Positions 36,839-45,742 of a DNA stretch of 58,557 nucleotides are shown here, piece by piece. The notes beneath the pieces were generated by a model. The model saw nothing but the letters and a program-made list of their open reading frames with translations, had not been told where the DNA came from and made no database searches. The translations under genes and the position numbers were made by a program. Source of the DNA: Thermoplasmatota archaeon. GTDB lineage: Archaea > Thermoplasmatota > E2 > JACPAO01 > JAHFTW01. The stretch lies in the NCBI GenBank assembly GCA_049617695.1, contig JBMZJT010000001.1:1-58557 (forward strand), given 5' to 3'. Numbering within the stretch: the first letter of the stretch is position 1; each line of letters begins with the position of its first letter.

Positions 36839-38140
36839 CTATTCCAGCAACTCGTCTAGGGTGTCGACGGTCTCGCCGGCATCTGGTTGGGTGGCCGCGG
36901 TTGGCTCGGGGCGGCGCCGGCCGATTTTGAGGGTCCGTTCAATGGGGCCGTCGCGATCGGGCAAATCCAAGACGTCCACGAGGCTCTTGAAGAACTCCGG
37001 GAACCATTTGAACACGGCGAAGGCGATGCCCACCATGGCAAGCAGGCTGCCGCCTTTGCCAATGGCATTGTGCATCGTCCAGAAGCTGCTGTGGCCTTGG
37101 CCGTAGAACCAAATGATGCCGGTGTTGCGCACCAGATTCAGCACGTAGACGACGGCGCCGACGATGACGCTGAACTGGATTTTGCGCTTCAAGGGCGCAT
37201 TGGTGCCAAAGAAGAGGCCGACGAAGAGCATGATGCTCTGGATGGCAGTGCAGGCCAGAATGATGCTCACGGGCACGACGCCGTCAGCGCTGTTGTTGTA
37301 GAACAGAAGATCCTGCCACAGGCTACCATCGCTTTGCGGGTAGCTGCGCACGGAGGAAAAGCCGGGCCCGTTGCCCGGCGGCAGGGTGCGGCAGTATTCG
37401 CCGACCAAGTCGCCGCGGTTCGGGCTGCAGTATTTGTCGGGATAGAAGAACCAGACCGGGCCGGCCGGGTCGACCTCATCGACGATGAATTGGAGGTTGG
37501 CTTTGTCGCCTTGACCGAACAGGTCGAGCATCCATTTCGTGTGGTCGCTGACGACGTGAATCAGCCAGACACGCAGGAATTGAATCTTGGCGATGACGAA
37601 GTAGCTGCCCGCAGCAATGAATGCCGTGACGTTCAGGAAGTGGACGGCTTCGTTGCGCACGCCGCGCGCCAGGCTGAGCCATTGATGGTAGGCGAGGTAG
37701 ACGAAGAAGTAGACGCCGATGATGGCGAAGGCGAAGTTGACGTAATCCTGGTCTTCCTTGATGAAGAGGTCCTTCGCCGTCAAGGCCCAGTAGAAGGCAA
37801 AAAGAATCCAGCCGACCATCGTGATGCGCTGGGTCCAGGGTTGTCGGATGAAGCCGAATCCCAGGAGTGCCAAACCAGTGAACAGCGGCACGAGGGTCCA
37901 TTGTTCCCAGCCGGGGCTCAGGGTGACCTTGTTGCTGATGTAGCCATGTTGGGCCTGCAACAGGAGGCCGGCGATGACCATGGCCGTCGCGATGGAGCCA
38001 AAGAACAGCGTGATGTGGAGCGGCTTGTAGCGGGATTCCGCCTCCGTAGAGGCTTCTTCCGCGTAGGGGTGTGGGCGGGGCTTGCGCTCCCGGTCCTTGG
38101 GGCCTAGGATGCGCTGCATGATCGAGGCCTCGCCTGCCAC
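36839..38140 (-). CDS. archaeosortase (exosortase/archaeosortase family transpeptidase)
   Basis: 433-aa polytopic protein. It has ordered Cys, Arg and His contexts (IILACTAIQSIMLF, VLNLVRNTGIIWFY, FWTMHNAIGKGG) and a large extracytoplasmic loop before the Cys helix. The start may be the internal M8 at 38119. Confidence 0.75.
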   Translation of the reverse strand: MAGEASIMQRILGPKDRERKPRPHPYAEEASTEAESRYKPLHITLFFGSIATAMVIAGLLLQAQHGYISNKVTLSPGWEQWTLVPLFTGLALLGFGFIRQPWTQRITMVGWILFAFYWALTAKDLFIKEDQDYVNFAFAIIGVYFFVYLAYHQWLSLARGVRNEAVHFLNVTAFIAAGSYFVIAKIQFLRVWLIHVVSDHTKWMLDLFGQGDKANLQFIVDEVDPAGPVWFFYPDKYCSPNRGDLVGEYCRTLPPGNGPGFSSVRSYPQSDGSLWQDLLFYNNSADGVVPVSIILACTAIQSIMLFVGLFFGTNAPLKRKIQFSVIVGAVVYVLNLVRNTGIIWFYGQGHSSFWTMHNAIGKGGSLLAMVGIAFAVFKWFPEFFKSLVDVLDLPDRDGPIERTLKIGRRRPEPTAATQPDAGETVDTLDELLE

Positions 38141-38232
38141 GACCCCCCTTCAGGTCGGGCCTTGGATAGCGGTTGTGGTGCGGGTCCGTCGCCAACCGGG
38201 CGGTTCAAGGCCCACTCGACGCTCGTCGCTTC

Positions 38233-38982
38233 GTGGCGGATGTCCCTGGACGCATTGTCTCACTTGTGCCGAGTCACACGGAGAGCCTGCATGACTTGGG
38301 CATCAAGGAGCGCGTCGTCGGACGGACCCGTTTCTGCATTCATCCCAAGCCATGGGTTGACTACGTGACGCCCGTCGGCGGCACCAAGGATGCCAAACTC
38401 GACAAGATCCTCGCTTTGGAACCGGATTTGGTCGTGGCGGACAAGGACGAGAATCCCAAGGCCCTCATCGACAGCATCCAGGAGGCTGGCGTCGAGGTGC
38501 TCTGGTCCGAAATCGACACGGTGCCTGACGCCGCGGATTTCCTGGAAGTCCTCGGGGAGCGTTGCGGGGTGCCGACGGCGGGTCACGTGGTCGCGCAGCA
38601 GATCCGGCACGGGCTCGAAGCGGTGGCCGGCGCCGAGCCGGTCCCGGTTTGGTGCCCGATCTGGTATGATCCCTGGATGACCTTCGATCGCACAGCGTAT
38701 CCCCATGCGATGTTGGCGGCCGTGGGCTTGGAGAATGTCTTCGCCGATCACCCGGGGCCCAAGTATTTCGAAACGAGCGCCGACGAAGTGGCTGCGACCC
38801 GGGCCGCGTGGACGTTGCTGCCATCGGAGCCCTATCCGTTCCACGACCGGCACGACAAGGTCGAGGCCGGGGGCTTGCCGCCGTCGCGCCTCATCGATGG
38901 CGAGGCCCTGACTTGGTTTGGCACGCGCACTGTCTCCGGATTGCAGGTGCTTGCCGAAACGGCGGACGCATTGCGTGCTTGA
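38233..38982 (+). CDS. periplasmic-binding-protein fold (BtuF/cobalamin-binding-like) protein without signal peptide
   Basis: RIVSLVPSHTESLHDLG ... VGGTKDAKLDKILALEPDLVVADKDEN is the typical class III binding-protein N-lobe. A GTG at 38233 is preferred over the TTG at 38173, which would leave only 32 nt to the divergent archaeosortase start. Confidence 0.55.
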   Translation: MADVPGRIVSLVPSHTESLHDLGIKERVVGRTRFCIHPKPWVDYVTPVGGTKDAKLDKILALEPDLVVADKDENPKALIDSIQEAGVEVLWSEIDTVPDAADFLEVLGERCGVPTAGHVVAQQIRHGLEAVAGAEPVPVWCPIWYDPWMTFDRTAYPHAMLAAVGLENVFADHPGPKYFETSADEVAATRAAWTLLPSEPYPFHDRHDKVEAGGLPPSRLIDGEALTWFGTRTVSGLQVLAETADALRA

Positions 38983-39134
38983 ACCGGTTCGGCGACGACG
39001 AGGCCGGCGCCCAGAAACAAGACCAAGACGACCAGGAGCCAGCGCATGTGGCGCCATAGATGCCCGGTTGACTTGAGGGCTGGGCGATCGTCGGGAACCG
39101 ACCGAATGATGTACAATCCCGAACTCCGAAGCTC

Positions 39135-39806
39135 ATGGAGGCCGGCATCGACGAAGCAGGGCGAGGCCCTGTCATGGGTCCGCTCGTGGTTGCCGGCGTG
39201 GCCACCCAAGACCCGGAGAGGCTCTGGCACCTGGGCTGCAAGGACAGCAAGAAGCTGAGTCCCGCCAAACGTGTTCGATTGGCGCGTCTCCTGGAAGATG
39301 ACTCTGGGGTGCAGATTGAGGTCCGCGTGATTCCGGCAGAGGTGCTGGATGCGGACATGGCGGATGCGACGCTCAATGAAGTGGTCCTGCGTCGCTTCCA
39401 GGACATCGGCGCGGCACTCGGCGCGCCACGCACGGTTGTGGACGCTGCCGATGTCGACGCGGCCCGCTTTGGCCGCCGCATGGCGGAGCGGGTCTCCGGC
39501 GACATCGTGGCCCAGCATCGAGCGGACGCGGACCATGCCACCGTCGCCGCCGCCAGCATCATCGCCAAAGTCACGCGCGACGCCGCGATGGATGAATTGG
39601 CCCGGCGATTGGAACGCCGGATTGACCGAGAACTTGGCAGTGGCTACCCGAGTGACGCGAAAACCGTGGCCTTCCTGGAGGCGTGGCTGGAGCGATTCGG
39701 GGATTTGCCGGAAGGCACCCGGCGCGCATGGAAAACGAGTCGGCGCCTGCTGGAAGCCCAAGCTGTGCGTCCGACCCGTCTCGATGATTTTGGGCCCAAT
39801 GCTTAG
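39135..39806 (+). CDS. rnhB: ribonuclease HII
   Basis: GIDEAGRGPVMGPLVVAG, KDSKKL and AASIIAKVTRD motifs are present. Confidence 0.9.
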   Translation: MEAGIDEAGRGPVMGPLVVAGVATQDPERLWHLGCKDSKKLSPAKRVRLARLLEDDSGVQIEVRVIPAEVLDADMADATLNEVVLRRFQDIGAALGAPRTVVDAADVDAARFGRRMAERVSGDIVAQHRADADHATVAAASIIAKVTRDAAMDELARRLERRIDRELGSGYPSDAKTVAFLEAWLERFGDLPEGTRRAWKTSRRLLEAQAVRPTRLDDFGPNA

Positions 39807-39830
39807 AACCGGGAGCCGGCTGGCCGCCGC

Positions 39831-41627
39831 ATGCGCGCCATCCTCATGGCCCTCCTGATGAGTACGGTCGTCCTGGCCGGCTGTGCCACCAACGACGAAC
39901 CGGCCCCTGAGCCGACCCCGGAACCCCGCGTGGATCCGGGCCCTGGTTTTGAGGTCACGGAGGTCGATTTCTTCGGCAACCCTGTGCCTCGTTTGCTCTG
40001 CTTCGACCTGGCAACGTTTGACACCAAGGCGACGCCCGAACAGGAAGCCGCTGGCACGCGTTGCAACTTCGAAATGACGCCAGATGATGGTCGCGAAGGC
40101 AACGAAGTGACCATCGCGGTCAACCCGACCGATCCGGGCAACATTGTCGGCGGCGCCAAGGACTACTACCCGCCGGACGCCGGCGAATGCGTCTGGAATG
40201 GCGTCTACGTCACCCACGACGGCGGCCGCACCATCTATCAGGACCGCAGCTTCGATGGCAGCCCCTGGCACCTCTACAATGGCGACCTTGGCGGCTTCAC
40301 CCCCAACTACGCCAGCACGTTCTGGTGCACCACCGACCCGGTTGCCTACTTCAATACGGCTGGCACGCTCTACTATCTCCTGATGGCCTACCAGACGGAC
40401 CCGGTCACGGGCAGCAAGGCCTGCGAGGATGTGTGCCCCAACGGCGCCCTCAATGACTGGGCGTTCAACCGCGCCACGCAAATCGTTGCGGTCAGCGACG
40501 ACGGTGGCGACACCTTCCACACGTTCACGCCCGTCCTCGAAGGCACCTTCCCGGCCAACTTCGCAGACAAGGGCTGGATCGCGGCCAGTGCAGACGGCAC
40601 CATCCACGTCATGTGGTGGAGTGCCTTCCTTCCGGGCAACATGTACTTCCGCAGCACCGACGGCGGCCAGACCTACAGCGATCCTGAGATCCTGTCCGTC
40701 TTCCTGGGCCCCGGCGCCGGCAGCGTCGACACGCCCGACCCCGCGCCGTCGGTCGGCACGGGCCCCGCGGGCCAAGGCAGCTTCGTGGATGTTGGCACGG
40801 GCGCCGAAGTGTACGCCATCTGGAACAGTGGTGGCGTCCAATTGCGCCGCAGCTTCGATCACGGCTCGACGTGGGATGAGCAGCGCACCATCCAGGAAAT
40901 CAACGGCCGCTCCATGCCCACCATTGATGGCCGCGACCGCCGCGGCGGCCACCCGCAGCTGGCCACCGATCGCAACCCCGACTCGCCCTTCGCCGACGCG
41001 CTCTACATTGCCTGGCAAGACGGATGCCAAGCCAGCGTCTGGAGCGCTGGCTGCGCAGGTTCTGACCTCGACGAGAGCCTCACCGGCACGGGCATCTGGG
41101 TTGCCAGCAGTTTCGACAAGGGCGAAACTTGGAACGCCCCGGTCCGCGTCAGCGACGCCCCCGAGGGTGCCGATGAATGGCGCATCTTCCCCACGGTGAG
41201 CGTCAGTCCCGGCGGCGTCGTGGACGTCAGCTGGATGGATAGCCGCGATACGCGTTGGCTGCCCTGTGCCGGCGCCGACGCGCCCCACGGCGAACCTGAC
41301 TGCGGCGAGGAGTACCAGGCGCTGAACCAACGCTACAGCTACTCCCTGGACGGTGGCAAGACGTGGAGCGCCGACTTCTCTGTGCGTGACGCCAGCGACG
41401 ACGGCTGGGATCCGGCCAACTGTCACCACCAGAATGGCGACATCTTCATCGGCGACTACAACGACATCGACAGCAGCTGGCAAGCAGCCCACCCGGTCTG
41501 GCCGGACACCCGCGAGGGCCACTGCGACGTCTACACGGCGACGATCCAGCGACCCATGTTCGCCGAGGGTTGGGATGCCGACAAGCGCGCCGACGCCGAG
41601 GCGTTCATCCTCGCCAACCCGCTCTAG
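39831..41627 (+). CDS. lipobox lipoprotein with six BNR/Asp-box repeats (sialidase-like beta-propeller)
   Basis: Lipobox VVLAGC. The Asp-boxes are THDGGRT, SDDGGDTF, STDGGQTY, SFDHGSTW, SFDKGETW and SLDGGKTW. Confidence 0.75.
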   Translation: MRAILMALLMSTVVLAGCATNDEPAPEPTPEPRVDPGPGFEVTEVDFFGNPVPRLLCFDLATFDTKATPEQEAAGTRCNFEMTPDDGREGNEVTIAVNPTDPGNIVGGAKDYYPPDAGECVWNGVYVTHDGGRTIYQDRSFDGSPWHLYNGDLGGFTPNYASTFWCTTDPVAYFNTAGTLYYLLMAYQTDPVTGSKACEDVCPNGALNDWAFNRATQIVAVSDDGGDTFHTFTPVLEGTFPANFADKGWIAASADGTIHVMWWSAFLPGNMYFRSTDGGQTYSDPEILSVFLGPGAGSVDTPDPAPSVGTGPAGQGSFVDVGTGAEVYAIWNSGGVQLRRSFDHGSTWDEQRTIQEINGRSMPTIDGRDRRGGHPQLATDRNPDSPFADALYIAWQDGCQASVWSAGCAGSDLDESLTGTGIWVASSFDKGETWNAPVRVSDAPEGADEWRIFPTVSVSPGGVVDVSWMDSRDTRWLPCAGADAPHGEPDCGEEYQALNQRYSYSLDGGKTWSADFSVRDASDDGWDPANCHHQNGDIFIGDYNDIDSSWQAAHPVWPDTREGHCDVYTATIQRPMFAEGWDADKRADAEAFILANPL

Positions 41628-42175
41628 GCGTCCACGACGGCGCGCAAGGCTTCCCGGAGGCGATCCGTTGATGGTCCTGCGGCGAGGATGAAGTCGCCCG
41701 GCGTCTGGGCACGGCGCAGATCGTTGACCATGGCATGGCAGAACACCTGGGCCAACTCCTCGCCCATGGCGGCGGCCAACTGATCGACGCTGTCCAGAAG
41801 CACATGGCTCGGTGCTTGTCGGCATACCAATCGGCTGCGCATGGCGATGGCTTCCAGGTGCGCGGGTCCGCCGACGTACAGGACATTGCCCATGAATCGG
41901 CGGCCTTCGAGGGCGCGGGTTGTGGCGTCGATGAAGAACAAGCGGGTCGGGTCGATGTCGGCGTCCTGCAACCTGCGCCGCCAATCCTCAACGGGTCGCC
42001 GCAAGGTCACAAGCACGGGGCGACGTCCGGCGTCGAGGGCCTCGTGGATGCGTTTCAGGATGCGAGCTTCTCCGTCCTGGGTGGCATCCAGGGCGCGTAG
42101 TTCAGACAAGATCGAGGGCGTCCAGCATGTGGCCCCGCCGGATGGGTTTCGTGATGAAGCCGTCCGCTTTGCCAA
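41624..42175 (-). CDS. hypothetical protein, possibly a degenerate RecA/KaiC-like domain lacking a P-loop
   Basis: It lies directly downstream of the response regulator. VLVTLRRPVEDWRRRLQDADIDPTRLFFIDA resembles KaiC-like core strands, but no Walker A is visible. The real start may be the TTG at 42109, because the annotated start overlaps the regulator by 74 nt. Confidence 0.4.
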   Translation of the reverse strand: MAKRTASSRNPSGGATCWTPSILSELRALDATQDGEARILKRIHEALDAGRRPVLVTLRRPVEDWRRRLQDADIDPTRLFFIDATTRALEGRRFMGNVLYVGGPAHLEAIAMRSRLVCRQAPSHVLLDSVDQLAAAMGEELAQVFCHAMVNDLRRAQTPGDFILAAGPSTDRLREALRAVVDA

Positions 42176-42476
42176 GCACCGCGTGTTCCACGTCCCGTTC
42201 GGCGTCGGAGGTGGTCAGCATGACAACACGGATCTTAGCGAGGCGTGGATCGGCGCGCAGCTGCGCCAATACTTCATGCCCATTCTTGCGCGGCATGTTG
42301 ATGTCCAAAAAGATGAGGTCGGGCAGCGGCGCCGCCTTGGATAGCCGGTCGTTCAATTGGTCCAGGGCGCTGTCTCCGTCGGGCGCGTGGGCAAATTGCA
42401 AGTCGAATTCCTTGGCGACGCGCTGGGTGAGCCAGACGTCGTCGGGGTCGTCTTCAATCAGTAAGATGTCGTGCAT
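42102..42476 (-). CDS. single-domain response regulator (CheY-like receiver)
   Basis: The ATG at 42476 gives MHDILLIEDDPDD...DLIFLDINMP...MLTTS...KP, with a complete receiver signature. Confidence 0.9.
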   Translation of the reverse strand: MHDILLIEDDPDDVWLTQRVAKEFDLQFAHAPDGDSALDQLNDRLSKAAPLPDLIFLDINMPRKNGHEVLAQLRADPRLAKIRVVMLTTSDAERDVEHAVLGKADGFITKPIRRGHMLDALDLV

Positions 42477-42477
42477 G

Positions 42478-44145
42478 TCAGGTCTCCAAAGTGAATCTGA
42501 ATGTGGCACCGCCGCCCGGCGTCTCTTCGATCCAGATGCGGCCGCCGTGGCGCTCAATGACTTTCTTGACCGCGGCCAAGCCGATGCCCGTGCCTTGGAC
42601 TTCATGGCCGTGGAGGCGCTGGAACATCTGGAATGCCTTGTCGCGATGCGTCGGGTCGATGCCGTCGCCGTGGTCGCGCACGAAGTAGCTGCCGTCGTGG
42701 CCGACGTGGATGGGGCTGCGTCCGTACTTGACGGCGTTTTCGATGAGGTTGTGCCAAATCTGGCGCATCTGAATGGGGCTTGCGATGACGGGGGGCAGTG
42801 CATCCACGCGGATCTCGTGGTCGCTGTGCAGTTCCGCGACGATGTCCGACGCAAGGCCGTGCATGTCCACTTCGCGAGCCAGGTCGGGCCGGTCAATACG
42901 TGAGAAGTCCAACAGTTCCCGAATGAGGTCTTGGCTGCGGCGTGCATTGGCGAGGCTGCGTTCAATCAGCATGCGGGCCTCCCCGTCGAGGCCCTCGGCG
43001 CATTCCTCGGCCAAGATTTCGTTGAAGCTGACGACTTTGCGAATCGGTTCCTGCAAATCGTGGCTCGCCACGAAGGCAAATTCCTCCAATTCGCGGTTCG
43101 TCCGCTGCAATTCTTCCTGTTGGCGAGTCCGCGCCGCCAATTGTTCATGGATTTCGACCTGGGCCCGATGCAAGGCGCCGGTGAGGGCGTCCATTTCGGC
43201 GACGCCGGATGCCATGGGCGGTTCGACGGGTCCCATCGGATCAACCCGGGCGACGCGTTGTGCCAGCGCCTTGACGGGTTTGGCAACGTATCGATGAATG
43301 GCGATGTTGGCTACGATGGCGGTGCCCAGGACAAGGCCCACGGCGCCCAGGATGTTGATGCGCATCACCGTCGCGGCGGCGGCCCGGCCTTCCGTTGGAT
43401 CGATGCCGGTCACGATGTGGACGGGGGCTTCTGTGGCATCATCGAGCACGCTGCTGCTCCACATCCACGTGCCACGTGGCAGCAACCCGGACGCTTCGAA
43501 GAAGCCGCGTCCTTCGAGGACGCCGGTGACCGCTGTCGGCTCGGGATAAATCCATGCGCCCACGAGATCTTGCCACGGGGTGCTGGCGCCCAGTACCAAG
43601 CCGGTCTCATCGATGAGAAACACGGCACCGTCGAGCAGGCCGTCCGCCACGAGCACTTGCGTGAACCGTTCCGGCGCGGTCACGGCATAGGCCATGTGTT
43701 CACCGACGGCGTGGAGGAACACGAGATCCTGGCCAGCCGTGCCGAAATCTGCAATCCCGAAGCCCTGGGTGCTGCGGATGCGCGGCCATGCGGCCCCCAA
43801 ATGGACATCGCCTGGCGGCGTGCCCCACGTGCAGGCGGCGGTGCCGTCATCGCCCAGGATGCCGGCGCCCGTGAAGTCTGGAAATTCGCTGGCCAAGGTC
43901 GCCAAGTCTTTGGGGCACGACGCCCACGGGAGCAGACTTGCAGCGAGACTGAGATGCCTGGCCTGGTCCACGAACGCAGCTTCCCGGTCCGCAGCCGCTT
44001 GAGCAACGAGTCGCTGCCTTGATTCCAATTCGGACAACTCGTTGTCCCATTGGGCGATGCCCAAGGCAAGGAGCACCACGAGTGCGGGCAGCAGCGCCAG
44101 CACCACGGGCACGAGGATGCGGCGCTGGATGCTCGGGGCCTCCAT
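42478..44145 (-). CDS. sensor histidine kinase with extracytoplasmic sensor domain between two TM helices
   Basis: The ATG at 44145 gives MEAPSIQRRILVPVVLALLPALVVLLALG (TM1). There is a second TM (INILGAVGLVLGTAIVANIAI). H-box FAFVASHDLQEP, N-box NLIENAVKYG, G-boxes DHGDGID and GTGIGLAAV. The stop lies 1 nt before the regulator ATG. Confidence 0.9.
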   Translation of the reverse strand: MEAPSIQRRILVPVVLALLPALVVLLALGIAQWDNELSELESRQRLVAQAAADREAAFVDQARHLSLAASLLPWASCPKDLATLASEFPDFTGAGILGDDGTAACTWGTPPGDVHLGAAWPRIRSTQGFGIADFGTAGQDLVFLHAVGEHMAYAVTAPERFTQVLVADGLLDGAVFLIDETGLVLGASTPWQDLVGAWIYPEPTAVTGVLEGRGFFEASGLLPRGTWMWSSSVLDDATEAPVHIVTGIDPTEGRAAAATVMRINILGAVGLVLGTAIVANIAIHRYVAKPVKALAQRVARVDPMGPVEPPMASGVAEMDALTGALHRAQVEIHEQLAARTRQQEELQRTNRELEEFAFVASHDLQEPIRKVVSFNEILAEECAEGLDGEARMLIERSLANARRSQDLIRELLDFSRIDRPDLAREVDMHGLASDIVAELHSDHEIRVDALPPVIASPIQMRQIWHNLIENAVKYGRSPIHVGHDGSYFVRDHGDGIDPTHRDKAFQMFQRLHGHEVQGTGIGLAAVKKVIERHGGRIWIEETPGGGATFRFTLET

Positions 44146-44276
44146 GGTGCCGGGGGTTTCGCATGCCAGCAAAGGCTTCGCAATAGAGAAGCAATGGAAT
44201 CCTGTCTGCGCTGCACGGTTTCGCGGGGGCGACGCGCCTTCGACGACGTCTTTCAAGGGAACGTCGCTGCCCGTCT

Positions 44277-45161
44277 GTGGCACGCATCGCGGTGACCGGC
44301 GGCACCGGCATGATTGGCAGGGTCCTGTGCAGGCACCTCGGCGATCAAGGGCATGACGTGGTGGCTCTGAGCCGCCGCGGGCAAGAAGTTCCTGGCATCA
44401 CGGTCCAATCGGCCAACATCCTCGATCCGAGCCTCGATTTCTCGGGCTTCGATCAAGTCGTCCACGCGGCGGCGTTCGTTGGCTTCGGTTTGTCCAAACA
44501 GAAAGCGGCGCTCATGCACCGCACGAATGTGGATGGCACACGCAATGTTCTCGATGCGGCCGTCGCCGCCGGCATCGAGCGTGTCTTGCACGTCAGCAGC
44601 GTCGCTGCCATCGGACGCACTGGAGGCATTCCGCGTGATGCGGCTTGGATCGACCGGCGTCCGCAGGAATTCCACAGCGCCTACGAGCGCAGCAAGTACG
44701 AAGCCCACATCCAGGCCCACCGTCGTGATGACGTCGACGTGGTCTCGGTGCTGCCGAGCATCGTCCTCGGGCATGGTGAATCCAGTTCCGGACTCCTCGT
44801 CAAAGCGTACCTGGAACGGCGGCTACCCGCGGTGCCACGCCATCCAGGTCGCTTGGCCTTCGTGCACGTAGAAGACGTGGCCGCCGGCGCCGTGGCGGCT
44901 TTGGAACGTGGATCTGGTGCCTACGTCCTGAGCGAGGACTCAATGGATTTGCCCACGCTGTTTTCCCGCTTGGAAACCGCGACTGGCGTTCCGGCGCCAC
45001 GGGAGATTCCCTTCTGGTTGCTACGGCTCGCGGCGCCGTTCGTGCCAGCGCTGAACCGGGACTTCATGCGCAACCTCGCACTGGATACGGCCTACGACAG
45101 CAGCCGGGCCCGCGATGAATTGGGATGGCGGCCCAACATGGATCGCCACCTGGCCGCCTAG
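44277..45161 (+). CDS. NAD(P)-dependent epimerase/dehydratase (extended SDR)
   Basis: GTG start. IAVTGGTGMIGRVL Rossmann motif and YERSKYEA (YxxxK). Confidence 0.8.
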   Translation: MARIAVTGGTGMIGRVLCRHLGDQGHDVVALSRRGQEVPGITVQSANILDPSLDFSGFDQVVHAAAFVGFGLSKQKAALMHRTNVDGTRNVLDAAVAAGIERVLHVSSVAAIGRTGGIPRDAAWIDRRPQEFHSAYERSKYEAHIQAHRRDDVDVVSVLPSIVLGHGESSSGLLVKAYLERRLPAVPRHPGRLAFVHVEDVAAGAVAALERGSGAYVLSEDSMDLPTLFSRLETATGVPAPREIPFWLLRLAAPFVPALNRDFMRNLALDTAYDSSRARDELGWRPNMDRHLAA

Positions 45162-45619
45162 TTGGGGTGCTGGGCGTCCCAGATGCGCAAGTGCGCAATT
45201 ACGGGCATGATCAAGTCGCCAAAACGCAGGCCCTTGGGCGTCAAACTGTATTCCACGCGGACGGGCACCTCCGGGTACACTTCGCGGTGCACCAGGCCTT
45301 GGCTTTCCAAGTCCTTGAGTCGTTGGCTCAGGGTCCGGCTGCCGACGCCGGCCAAATCCTTGACCTTGGCACCGATGCCACGTTGGCCGACGCTGGTCAA
45401 TTCCTCCTTGAGCTGATTGAAGCGCATCGTCCGGCGCATGCGCAGCAGGAACAAGATTTCGAAGCTCCACTTCTGGAAAATCGCGCCCAGGCTCTCCACG
45501 CTTTGGTGGATTTCGGATTCCAAGTCGCCGGTTTTGAAGAGCCAGGAGACCACTTCCTCCATGGCATGGCGATGGCCTTCGGCTTGTTCGTCCAGGAAGG
45601 CATCCAGGCGCTGGAGCAT
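45158..45619 (-). CDS. HxlR-family winged-helix transcriptional regulator
   Basis: WSFEILFLLRMRRTMRFNQLKEEL...GSRTLSQRLKDLESQGLVHREVYPEVPVRVEYSLTPKG is present. It is divergent from the desaturase gene. Confidence 0.75.
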   Translation of the reverse strand: MLQRLDAFLDEQAEGHRHAMEEVVSWLFKTGDLESEIHQSVESLGAIFQKWSFEILFLLRMRRTMRFNQLKEELTSVGQRGIGAKVKDLAGVGSRTLSQRLKDLESQGLVHREVYPEVPVRVEYSLTPKGLRFGDLIMPVIAHLRIWDAQHPN

Positions 45620-45742
45620 CGCCTCATTCCCCTTACGTGGCTGCGTGGCTTTCGTTTCGGACACCGGGTTCCCCTCCGGCCACCTGGCAACCAGGGGCCC
45701 ACTGGCCGCCTTATCTTCGACGCTCGTTTCAATGCTCCTACC

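Noticed and set aside
38832-41984. 1050-aa ORF antisense to rnhB and the BNR lipoprotein gene
   Set aside because: Same shadow-ORF composition. The opposite strand encodes unmistakable RNase HII motifs and six Asp-boxes.
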